Shown one piece after another: positions 13,280-25,373 of a stretch of 64,000 nt of DNA (position 1 is its first letter; the number at the start of each line of letters is the position of its first letter). Made by a program: the position numbers and the translations under genes. Source of the stretch: Octopus vulgaris. Its lineage: Eukaryota. The notes beneath the pieces were generated by a model. That model made no database searches and had not been told where the DNA came from. It worked only from the letters and a program-made list of their open reading frames with translations. The stretch spans positions 20,212,001 to 20,276,000 of the forward strand of contig OX597836.1 of assembly GCA_951406725.2 (NCBI GenBank). The letters run 5' to 3'.

Positions 13280-14971
13280 TTCAACTTTTTCTAATCAAAA
13301 GGGTTTATTTTTAAAACCCAATATTAGCATGCTACTATTTATAGCTTTATCAACTTCGAGTTCCACTATTAAAAAAAAAAAATAACAAATTCTTCTACTA
13401 GAAAGTTGTTGACAGTGACTTCAAAGTCACTGTCAGCAACATCCTTGTATAAGAATAATAAATTTAATCTCTTCAAAAGTATAGAGTAACTCATCAGATT
13501 AATGTAAAATTGTTTCAAAGTTGTTTATCAAAATTATAACTGAACATAAAAACAAACATTTGTGTGTGTATGTGTGTGTGTGTGTGTGTTGATGTTTGTT
13601 TTTATGTCAAGTTTTATATATATATATAAAACAAAACTTTAACTTTAAACTGCTGGATTACTCAATACTTTTTAGTAGAGCACATGTTTATTAAACTTCT
13701 GCAAGAAAAAGAGTGACATCGGCTGCAAAGTTCCAACTTGCTAGCCTCTTTCAAACTAGTCTTAAGAAGGCTAGTAAGCCAAAACTTTGAAGTCACTGTC
13801 AACAAGTTTTCTTCTTATGGAAATTTTAGCAAACATAGGTATTCACTTAGAACCATGTTGTTATCTCATACCCTACATGGGTTGCTGTAATCCAGGCAAA
13901 TGCAGCTGAGATAATAGTCTCACAGGAAGGAACAAGCATCAACAGTGCCATTGACCATAGCCTACAATGGCGGCACCGTCTCACTGGCCTCTGGTCATCT
14001 GTCTTTATTATGTACAAGTTGCTCCACACCATGCATATTGACCCAATGCCTTGTATAACCGGTCTCTTGCTTTATTAATCCCACAGGCATGCAATTAACC
14101 TCACCGCATGCAGTTAATTAATTAATCTCATATCCCTGTAATCGGTCTCAATTTTTGGGTTTTTTTCTTTCTTTTCTATTTTTTCCTGATTTTTTGTATG
14201 TTATTTATCTTATTTGGTTTATGTTAAGCTACAGTTAACTGGTAAGTGTATAAGTTTACCTGGGTATATTGCTCTACCTGCAGTTAATGAGGTGAGTATG
14301 TGGTTATATGGTTGTTTTTTTCTATATGGAATGGATATTACCGTTACTAAGTGAGTACCAGTGTTATATCATGCGCACAACCACTTTGAAGCGTAAGTAC
14401 AAGAATAAGTTTAATTTTTATATGTATATTAATATATGCATTATATATGTGAATACAGGCATTATATATATATATGTATATATACTTATGTTATACACAC
14501 ATTAATATATAAATTACATGTATTTTGTTGATATATACATTATACATTATGTCTATATAATATATATTAATGTGTGTGTGAAAGTACATACTGATGCTAA
14601 TTTTGTTTATTTCATCTTTTTTAATTAAAAGTTTTCATTAAATATCAATTACGATGATAGCACAGTATGAAGATCAGTCTTTCAGTGGTGATCCAAGAAC
14701 TCGTTAAGGCTTACTATAGGTGTGATGAAAACAGGCACCATCATATCTTCAAATACATAAGGACATACACACATATGCATATATATATACAGAGCACTGT
14801 TAATTCAGAACACCTGAAATGTGTAATGTAGTTATTTATTTGAGAACTTTAGCTGTGGAGATTTCAGATTATATAGAAGCATCCCACACTGTTCCTTTCA
14901 TTAAATAGAAAAAGTAATTGGCCAAACTGGCAAAATGACCATTCCAAAATGCAACAATAGTAATTGGAAAT

Positions 14972-15018
14972 CATCTTACAGATCTGTTTCCAAGGATAAT
15001 TATATCTCATCAGAAATG
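14972..15018 (-). ncRNA. Type-I hammerhead-like motif with a 4-nt insertion before GAAA
   Basis: Minus strand: cattt-CTGATGA-gata(taat)tatc-cttg-GAA-ACAGATCTGT-A-agatg; 10-nt palindromic helix III, GUA site. Confidence 0.58.
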
Positions 15019-15291
15019 GTGAGAGATTATACTTTGGTTACCCAGGGAACTTTTTAATCTAAATTACTGTACATAGCAATAATTTAACAGGGTATATAAC
15101 AACATAGACATGTGTTAGTAAATTGCAAGGGGATTTAGCAAATAGCAGACATCTAAACATCATGATGGTTCTGGGAATGATTTCAAACAATCCAAGACAT
15201 GTATGTGTGTGTTGTTTGCTTATTTTTTTTCTGTTAAGCCACTGAGTTAATCAATTCTTGCATAAAATAGTTCCAACTGAGAACAAAAGAT

Positions 15292-15324
<33 letters not shown>

Positions 15325-15701
15325 ACACGTGCACGTGCGCATTTCTTTCTTTCATTCTCTGACCCATTCCTTCATACATTAACCTTTAATCTACCAGTAT
15401 AAAACTTCCTCTCTTTCTCCCTCTCTCTTTACAGTAGACCCATTCAGTCAAAGGGGATTTTAGTCTTGTAAACTACATGGCAACCTGTCTAATGCTGGTG
15501 CCATAAAAAAAAGAGCACCTTCTATGTTTTGTAAAGTGGTTGGTGTTAGGACGGGCATTCAACCATAAAATCAATACCAAAGCAAATATTAGAATACAAC
15601 ACAGTTGTCTGACCTGTTGAAGCATGTCAGACCAGCCAACCTATGCAAGCCTGGAACACTGACATTAAAAGATGATATATATATATATATATATATATAT
15701 A

Positions 15702-16472
15702 TTCTTTTATTCTTTTAGTCATTTGACTGCAGTCATGCTGGGGCACCACCTTAAAAGGTTTCTTAGTTGAAGAAATCAACCTCAAGTACTTGTCCTATCA
15801 GTCTCTCTTACCAAACCGCTAAGTTACAGGGATGTAAACACACCAACATTGGTTGTCAAGTTATAGTGTGGGGGGGAGGTAAACACAGACACACAAATAC
15901 ACAATGGGTTTCTTTCAATTTCCATTTACCAAATCCACTCACAAGACTTGGGTCAACCTGAAGCTAGAGTAGAAGACATGCCCAAGATGCCACACAGTGG
16001 GACTGGACCAGGAACCATGTGGTTGGGAAGCAAGCTTCTTACCACATAGCCATGCCTGCATCTATTTATATAATATATATATATATACATACTTTATCTT
16101 TTGACTGCGGCCATGCTGGGACACCTCCTTGAAGGGTTTTTAGTCAAACAAATTTACCCCAGGACTGGTTTTTAAGCCTAGTACTTAATCTATTGGTCTC
16201 TTTTGCTGAACTGTTAAATTACAGGGATATAAACACATAGGTTGTGAAATGGTGGTGGGGAACAAACAGAAATGCATGCATACACACACACACACACACA
16301 CACATGTGTGTGTGTTTCTTTCAGTTTCTGTCTATGAAATCCACTCACAAGGCTTTGGTTGGCCTGAAGCTATAGTAGAAGACACTTGTTCAAGATGCAA
16401 CACAGTGGGACTGAACCCAGAACCATGTGGTTGGGAAACAAGCTTCCTACCTCATAACCATGCCTGTGCCTA
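15702..16472 (-). mobile_element. Two tandem diverged SINE family A copies
   Basis: Family A blocks repeated at ~15702-16063 and ~16093-16472. Confidence 0.75.
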
Positions 16473-16959
16473 TACACACACACACACACACACACACATA
16501 CACTCAAGAAGGAGAGAGAGAGAGAAAGGGATGCATATTTACGTACAGCACACACAAGGCCAAATATTGCATTATGCTGCACACCATCTACAAAAACTTA
16601 GCACAGATAGATTGGAGATATTGAATATCTATGATCAAGTGTGGGAACAGGATGTGTGTGCATGTGAATTTGTAACCAGAAGGGTTTTTCCCGTCTGTGA
16701 CATGCAGCTGTCCCATCTCATGTCAAACAACCTGACATGGTCAAGGTAAATACAGGTAAGCATCTGGCCAATGAAATACCTGTTGAACAGCTTTGGAATA
16801 CTGAACTGTAGGATTTTCAGAACTCCACTTGGTTGATGTAACAAAACCCATATTGTGGTTTACTACTTGGGTTATGTTGAAAACTAATTAGCAAAGGACA
16901 AAGATCGACGCACGTATGGCCGGATGGTTAAGAAGTTTGCTTCACAGCTTTCTAGGTAC

Positions 16960-17182
16960 CTATTTCTTTACTACCCACAAGGGGCTAAACACAGACGACA
17001 AACAAGGAAAGACAAACGGATTAAGTCGATTACATCGACCCCAGTGCGTAACTGGTACTTAATTTATCGACCCCGAAAGGATGAAAGGCAAAGTCGACCT
17101 CGGCGGAATTTGAACTCAGAACGTAATGGCAGACGAAATACGGCTATGCATTTCGCCCGGTGTGCTAACGTTTGTGCCAGCT
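16960..17182 (-). mobile_element. SINE family B nested in the head of a family A copy
   Basis: Reverse complement of the family B sequence; A-type head at ~16915 resumes at ~17185. Confidence 0.78.
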
Positions 17183-17969
17183 TCCAAGGTACCTTGAGTA
17201 GTTTTCTACTCTAGCATCAGGTTGACCAATATCTTGTAAGTGGAAACTAGGTAGGCTGAAGAGGAGGGGATTTGAGACTGACTGACTGACTGACTGTCAA
17301 AACTCCTGCATGTCAACGAGACACTGTCTGTGCTGAGGTGGCCTGCCCAACCCATGCAAAAATAGAAAAGAGGTCACAGGAGAGTAATGAGATCTGTGTG
17401 TATGTTGGTTTATAGTAATTGTGTGGAAGGGACATAACTCTGGTAAAACTTAAACCAGTCCTATAAATAAGATTTGATGAAATGAATATCTTGACGGCAG
17501 TGCCCCAGCCTGACCATAGTCCAGTGACTGAAAACCAAGGAAAGAATGTGATATTTGCAATGAGTATTAGTTCCATAGAAAACAGTTAACTACGGTAATA
17601 AAATTATAATAAACTACTGAAGTTATGTGGGTTAAGCACATCCTCATGATGTCCTGAATGTTAACTTTACCTTGAATAATTGAAGTTGCTGCAAGAAAGA
17701 GGTGGGGGGAGGGAAGTTATTTTCGGAGGAAAAAAAATTTAAATGTTTTCAGAAAGTATTTTCATCTTTCTGCTAATGAGCGGTGCTGGCTGAAACTTAA
17801 GACAATCTTCCTTGTTAATAACAGCCAAAATAAATAATTCCAGTTTCTTGAACAAATTTCACGTTTACAATTTGCCAGTGCAGCCACATAGCTTTCACTT
17901 CAATATCCTTAATATTTCTCTATCCGTTAATGCATGCGTGCGTGTGCACACACATGCATACCAACAGTT

Positions 17970-18376
17970 GTGTGTGTGTGTATATATATATATGTGTATA
18001 TATATGTATATGTGTATATATATGTATATGTGTATATATATGTATATGTGTATATATATGTATATGTGTATATATATGTATATGTGTATATATATGTATA
18101 TGTGTATATATATGTATATGCGTATATATATGTATATGTGTATATATATGTATATGTGTATATATGTATATGTGTATATATATATGTGTATATATATGTA
18201 TGTGTATATGTGTATATATATATGTATATGTGTATATATATATGTGTGTGTGTATATATATATATATATATGTGTGTGTATATATATATATATATGTGTG
18301 TATATATATATATATATGTGTGTATATATATATATGTGTGTGTGTATATATATATATGTGTATATATATATATATG

Positions 18377-18407
<31 letters not shown>

Positions 18408-18410
18408 GTG

Positions 18411-18444
<34 letters not shown>

Positions 18445-18584
18445 TGTATATGTGTATATATATATATATATGTATATGTGTATATATATATATATGTATA
18501 TGTGTATATATATATATATGTATATGTGTATATATATATATGTATATGTGTATATATATATATGTATATGTGTATATATATATA

Positions 18585-18615
<31 letters not shown>

Positions 18616-18645
18616 GTATATGTATATGTGTATATATATATATGT

Positions 18646-18677
<32 letters not shown>

Positions 18678-18696
18678 GTGTATATATATATATATA

Positions 18697-18727
<31 letters not shown>

Positions 18728-18752
18728 GTATATGTGTATATATATATATATA

Positions 18753-18807
<55 letters not shown>

Positions 18808-18850
18808 GTGTATATATATATATATGTATATGTGTATATATATATATATA

Positions 18851-18883
<33 letters not shown>

Positions 18884-18885
18884 GT

Positions 18886-18917
<32 letters not shown>

Positions 18918-19095
18918 GTGTATATATATATATATATGTGTATATATATATATATGTATATGTGTATATATATATGTATATGTGTATATATATATATGTA
19001 TATGTGTATATATATATATGTATATGTGTATATATATGTATATCTGTATGTGTATATGTGTGTGTATATGTGTGTGTATATATATATATACATAT
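17970..19095. repeat. ~1.1-kb compound (TA)n/(TG)n microsatellite with TATATATATGTATATGTG higher-order unit
   Basis: Direct reading; source of the 388-481 aa Y/I/C/V/M ORFs. Confidence 0.97.
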
Positions 19096-19452
19096 ATGAA
19101 TGTGTGGGTGTTTATATGTTTATGTATCCGTATACATATGCATGTATTTGCATATATATTTACTTATCTAAGAATGTACACTTTACATTACTAATTGGAT
19201 GTTCCCCCTTTCTCTCTCATATCTACACCATGTCTCTTGCCCCCCCCCCCCACATCAATCCCATAAGAGTGGGTGGTGTAGCTTTATACCTTTGTTACAA
19301 TATACTAACCATAGCTAAATTTATCTCGGTTGCTATTATTGCTGTGCCTCAGGTTGGTCCTAATTTGGCAGGCCTATGATCAAGGACATAAGCAGCCCAT
19401 CTTTGGGATTTTCCAGACTGTACATCTAAAACTGTAATATCATATCTCTTAT

Positions 19453-19845
19453 ACTCTTTTACTTGTTTCAGTCATTTGACTGCGGCCATGCTGGAGCACC
19501 GCCTTTTAATCGAGCAACTCGACCCCAGGACTTATTCTTTTTTGTAAATCCCAGTACTTATTCTATCGGTCTCTTTTGCCGAACCGCTAAGTAACGGGGA
19601 CATAAACACACCAGCATCGGTTGTCATGCAATGCTAGGGGGAACAAACACAGACACACAAACACGCACACGCATATATATGTATACATATATACGACAGG
19701 CTTCTTTCAGTTTCCGTCTACCAAATCCACTCACAAGGCTTTGGTCAGCCCGAGGCTATAGTAGAAGACACTTGCCCAAGGTGCCACGCAGTGGGACTGA
19801 ACCCGGAACCATGTGGTTGGTAAACAAGCTACTTAACACGCAGCT
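19453..19845 (-). mobile_element. SINE family A
   Basis: Matches family A. Confidence 0.85.
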
Positions 19846-20416
19846 GTGTATTTTCCTTTTTTTTTTTAAGAGGGAACACTGTTACAATTCAAGGGAGATT
19901 TATCTGCTACTTCTAGCAGGATGGGTAACCAAATAGTGGTTCCTTCTCATAATGCTTCCTCGCATCTAGATAGAATTATAGCTAATCTTTCTGCCATTTT
20001 TTGTCACTCAAACACACACACACACACATACATGCACTCTTTCACAGTCTCACATAAACATGCATTCACACACCTTCAGTGCATACATTATTTCCCACCC
20101 CTTAATATTAAGATATTTCAGTGTTCTAGTCTTCTATATAATAACTAAGCTGTAACATAAATCATTAATGGGAGTTCACCTTCTGGTTTCTCACCCCACT
20201 TACTCATTGACTCTCCCTTCTTTCTCAGACAAAACTAACAGGTCAACTTGCCAAAGGACAGCCATTTACACCTCTTTCCTGTTTTATTTGTTTGAACTTA
20301 ATACTTTCATACACACACTCACACAACAGACAACCTTTTCTATTTCCCTGATCGGGTCTTCTAAAGCCAATTCATTCAGTTTTGTTCTCTCACCATAGCT
20401 AAAATTACTCCCTGAA

Positions 20417-20474
<58 letters not shown>

Positions 20475-20919
20475 CTGCTGCTTATTTCAGTTATTGGATT
20501 GTGGTCATGCTGAGGCACTACCTTGAAGATTTCAGTCAAGCAAATTGACCCTGGTACTTATTTTATCGGTCACTTTTTGCTGAACTGCTAAGTTACAGAT
20601 ACTTCAACAAACTTGACCCAACACTGGTTGTCAAGTGGTGCTACAGGACAAACACACACACACACACACACCGTGGGTTTTCAGTTTCTGTTTAACAAAT
20701 CCACCCACAAGGATTTGGTTGGCTCCGGGCATTTGTAGGAGACACTTGCCCAAGGTGTCATGCAGTGGGACTGAACCTGAAACCATGTGGTTGGGAATAG
20801 ACATACATGTATTAAAAAAACAAAACAAAGGAAAATATGTTTATAGTTATGTGTCTTTGGTTCGTTTTTAATGAAGGACATTTGAGTTACCATTGTTAAA
20901 AGGTTTGCTAAGCAACTAA

Positions 20920-20962
<43 letters not shown>

Positions 20963-21148
20963 GCATATGTGTGTGTGTATCTGTAAACATGCACCTGTGC
21001 TGGTGCCACATAAAAAGAATCCAGGCCACTCTGTTAAGTGGTTGACATCAGAAAGGACAGGTGTAAGAACCATGTCAAAACACACAATGGAGTTTGATGC
21101 AAGCATGGAAGACAGATGTTAAATGATGACATGCATGACACAATATAT

Positions 21149-21563
21149 ACTCTTTTACTTGTTTCAGTCATTTGACTGTGGCCATGCTGGAGCACTGCCT
21201 TTTAGTTGAGCAAATGAACCTCAGGACTTATTCTTTGTAAGCCTAGTACTTATTCTATCGGTCACTTTTGCCGAACCGCTAAGTTACGGGGATGTAAACA
21301 CACCAGCATCGGTTGTCAAGCAATGTTGGGGGGACAAACACAGACACACAAACATATACACATACATATATATATAAACACACACACACACACATATACG
21401 ACAGGCTTCTTTCAGTTTCCATCTACCAAATCCACTCACAAGACTTTGGTCAGCCCGAGACTATAGTAGAAGACACTTGCCCAAGGTGCCACGCAGTGGG
21501 ACTGAACCCGGAACCATGTGGTTCGTAAGCAAGCTACTTACCACACAGCCACTCCTACTCCTA
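21149..21563 (-). mobile_element. SINE family A (older copies at ~20483-20797 and ~22677-23081)
   Basis: Matches family A. Confidence 0.85.
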
Positions 21564-23754
21564 TGTATATTAGTGCTTGGCAAACCTTTCAATAATGGTA
21601 AGCTACTTATTCTTCACTAAAAATTAACCAAAGTCACATAACTACAAGCATATTTTTTGTGCTTTTTTAATCAAATATTATATAGCTGAGAAAGGTATGA
21701 GTATCACACATTCTTGTTTCTTGCCCATAAATTTGTGGGCCTCTGCCTTGCTTTTAATTGTAGGTCTTGTTCTACCAGATTTGATCTTGGGTTAAATAAC
21801 AACTGCATGAATGAATACATGTTTATTCATGATCTTCACTTCCCTATTCCAACTAGGCCATGGTAATTTTATCAATAAGGTGTGAAGGTAGGAAGGTATT
21901 GTTAACTATCATGTATCACACACACACACACATGCACACACAAATACATAGACACATATGTCCATACATCAACTGACAGCTGAAGTCTCTCTCACTCTGT
22001 CTCTCTCTCACTCTGTCTCTCTCTCACTCTGTCTCTCTCTCACTCTGTCTCTCTCTCACTCTGTCTCTTTCTCACTCTCCCTCACCCCTCTCTCTTTTTT
22101 GCCTCCCATCTCTCTCTTCTGTAGTTCCTTCCTTGTTGTCTTTGGATGGCCTGGAAAAAAAAAGAATAAATTTTCATTTCTCTCTCTCTCTCCTTCTCCC
22201 CCCCCCCTCTCTCTCATGCACACATACACACACCCTCTCCTAAACTTAACTCTACTTTTATAAGAAGTAACAGTATTCTGTCCTGCTCTCTCTACCCCTG
22301 GTACTTTCTCCGGCATATAGTTGTTGGTATATATATATAGATATATATGTATATGTGTGTGTATATATGTATATATATTATCATTATTATTATTTAAAAC
22401 AGACTTGGCTCCATACAACTGAGTTTCGCAAGCCCCTGTTATATAATCATAAAATTAGTTAGTGCTATTAGATACGAAATTTATATATGTAGTCAGTTAT
22501 ATGGCTGTGTGATGATGTGGTTTCAGGTTCAATCCTATCCCACAGCACCTTAGGCAAGTAAGTGTCTACTGCTGTAGCTCTGGGCTACCTATTGCCTTGT
22601 GAGTGATTCTAGTGGATGGAAACTGTGTGGATGTCTGTAGTCCCACCACTACTTGACAACTGCTGTTGGTTTCCCATTAAACTGTGACCATGCTGGAACA
22701 TTGCCTTCAAGAATTTAGTTGAATTAAGCAAATCCAGTACTTTTATTTTATTTTTTTTAAAGCCTGGTAATTATTTTATTGGACTCCTTTGCTGAACTGC
22801 TCAGTTACGGGGATGCAGACACACCAACACTGGTTATCAAGCAGTTGTGGTGGTGGTGGTGGAGGAACAAGCACAGACACAAAGACATACACATGTACAT
22901 ATATATAGATATATATATACATTCATGGTGGGCTTCTTTCACCTTCTGTCTACCAAATCTACTCACAAGGCTTTGGTTGACCTTAAGCTATAGTAGAAGA
23001 CAGTTGCCCAAGGTGCCACACACTGGGACTGAACCCAGAACTATGAAGTTGCGAGCTTTTTACCACACAGCTGTGCCTGTATATGTTCAATACATGACTA
23101 AGCTAGCTCTACCAAAATCACAGTAACAATACAAACTAAAACATTGGTAGGATTTTAATCACTGTAATTGCTTTAACTAGTTTGAAAACATAAAAAATGG
23201 GTTTTTAAGAATCAACTTAAAATATGATAACAAGGGTTGGGTGTGTGGTGTAATGTTTATGTTGTTAATTGTAAGGTCTGTGGGTTAGCAAAATTGGTAG
23301 GGCATTGAACAGAAATAACGCTTTGTAGTATTTATTGGTTCCTCTTGAAGTTCTGAGCCTGAATCCCACTAAGATTGACTTCATTTGACCGTTTCAATAC
23401 TGAAGAAGTAAAGCAGCTGTTAACAACTGAGATCAATGTAATCAGTTTATTAATATACACACTTCAAACATTAAAATATTGGTGTGTATAACATTAACAT
23501 CCATACAAATATTGAACAGCTCTAACTGTAATAATTAAAACACGGGACTTGGCTCAGAAAGCTAATGGATTACCAGACAACGTGATTTAATCTCCTCAGT
23601 GACAAATACTTTGAACATTGAGCTAAGCCTAAAATATTTTTTCTTATATAAAAATAGGTAAACAAAGCCATTTACTGATCTGTGTTTAAGTTATATATAT
23701 AACTGAAAAAACTGGAGTCAATAAGAAAGGATACAGCACAACATTTATTTTTTA

Positions 23755-23860
23755 ATTACTACAATTGTTTCAATGCAATGTAGTTTTCCAGTGTGTACAT
23801 ATACCTGATTATGTAACTGTTTCCTGCCTTATGAGATCTAGTTGTGTTTCCTCAGGCGAT
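23755..23860 (-). ncRNA. Degenerate hammerhead-like motif with long helix-II loop
   Basis: Minus strand: atcgc-CTGAGGA-aacac...gcatt-GAA-ACAATTGT-A-gtaat; helix mismatches are consistent with CpG decay. Confidence 0.48.
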
Positions 23861-24062
23861 ATGTAAATATTGTCTCCATAAGTTTAAAAATCCTCAGCTT
23901 TAAGAACATCCTATCTGTTTGTTGCCTGAATTTTGTAGTAGTCACTCAGCTTATCAGGGTGTTTTTTTTTGCTGAAGGGCTGTTGGCAGACTACTTTGAA
24001 TTTGTAGATGTAGTGGAATGGTGATTCAGGTACTGTTAAAGGGATTAGTATTTTATTTCTTT

Positions 24063-24303
24063 AAGCACCATCCGTTCGTGGCCGTTCGCCAGCTCTGTCT
24101 GGCACCTGTGCAGGTGGCACGTAAAAAACACCCACTACACTCGCGGAGTGGTTGGCGTTAGGAAGGGCATCCAGCCGTAGAAACACTGCCAGATCTGACT
24201 GGGCCTGACGAAGCCTTCCAGCTTCACAGACCCCAGTTGACCGTCCAACCCATGCTAGCATGGAAAGCGGACGCTAAACGATGATGATGATGATGATGAT
24301 GAT
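24063..24303 (+). mobile_element. Family C: 5'-truncated RTE LINE 3' end with (GAT)n tail
   Basis: GGTGGCACGTAAAA...GGTTGGCGTTAGGAAGGGCATCCAGC...CCCATGCTAGCATGG...(GAT)n; copies at 36299, 43153(-), 48614 and 52241. Confidence 0.8.
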
Positions 24304-24550
24304 GTACTGCTGATTTGTTTTTCATGACTGTTTACATATGCAATTGTCCTTAGCTGGCCTTTAAGATTCAACACCCGAACAATTCTGCAACTAACTGTAG
24401 AAGACCAAATAGAGTTGAAATACTGAATCTGGTGATCTGTTAGTGCTTTGAGCAAAGTCCTGCATGTTTTGACATTCAAGTCTCTTTGAGAGGTTTCTCT
24501 GAGACAAAAAATAACAGCTAGTGTCCTTCTATATTTGCATACACATTACA

Positions 24551-24737
24551 CAGGTGTGGGCAAAAGTAGATATACAGTGGAATGTCATTTTCATTTCTGT
24601 TTCTTTTTTAAACCTAAGTCAACTGAGGAATCTGCAAGAGATACCTAATTCATTGGAAACCCTAGTTTTTGTTTTCTAGGGACTTTGAGTGAATGCTTGA
24701 GCCAAGCAACTGTATAACCTACTTTTGCTCGCCCCTG
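24551..24737. mobile_element. Tc1/mariner-type MITE
   Basis: Imperfect ~29-bp TIRs CAGGTGTGGGCAAAAGTAGATATACAGT / ACTGTATAACCTACTTTTGCTCGCCCCTG; TA on the right flank, CA on the left. Confidence 0.6.
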
Positions 24738-25232
24738 TATACTTGTTGTACACACCAGAATTATGATCAAGTATTTCTCTTCTTCTCCAAGTTAAAAATC
24801 AATATTTATGTAATTTGAAAAAAAAAAATATCTAATTAAAAAATGAGTAAATGACTAAATATATATAAAAAAAAAGCAATGTAAAGAAAACTAAATTTAT
24901 GTCAATGTGAAACAAATAAAAATTATTTTGAAGCAATATTATAAATCTGTAATGAATGTGTTTATTATTATATGTATTAATTGTGTGTTAAGTAATTTTT
25001 GGTATTGTTAATCGTATGTAAAGATCATTATATTTTCAGCAAGAGTATCAGTCAATTAATGCTAACACCTGCTTCAATATCAATTAACTTATTTAATTTG
25101 GCATTGTTGTGACTCTTGCTGAGTGTGTGTATATATGTTTCTGTGCTAGCATGTGTGTGTATGTGTGTGTTTGAACAATCACACACATACACACATGTAT
25201 GCACATACATAAACATATCTTGTAATTTTTAG

Positions 25233-25373
25233 GTCAAGATGTGAAAGGGTTCAGCTGTGTACCAAACTATTACTTGTGTCCAGGAACCTTGCACTGTATA
25301 CCAATCGAGAAAGTCTGTGACGGGGTCAATGACTGTTTAAATAGTGACCGAGCGGATGAAGGGTATCACTGTG
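25233..25373 (+). CDS. LRP1: LRP1 exon: LDLa repeat (CR2-like) [47 protein letters not shown]
   Basis: tttttag|GT...TGTG|gtaagg, 141 nt, phase 1-1, six Cys, CDGxxDC...DE motif. Confidence 0.92.

Noticed and set aside
17812-19379. Longest ORFs in the track (388-481 aa)
   Set aside because: Translations of a TA/TG microsatellite, open in several frames and on both strands because the repeat lacks stop codons.
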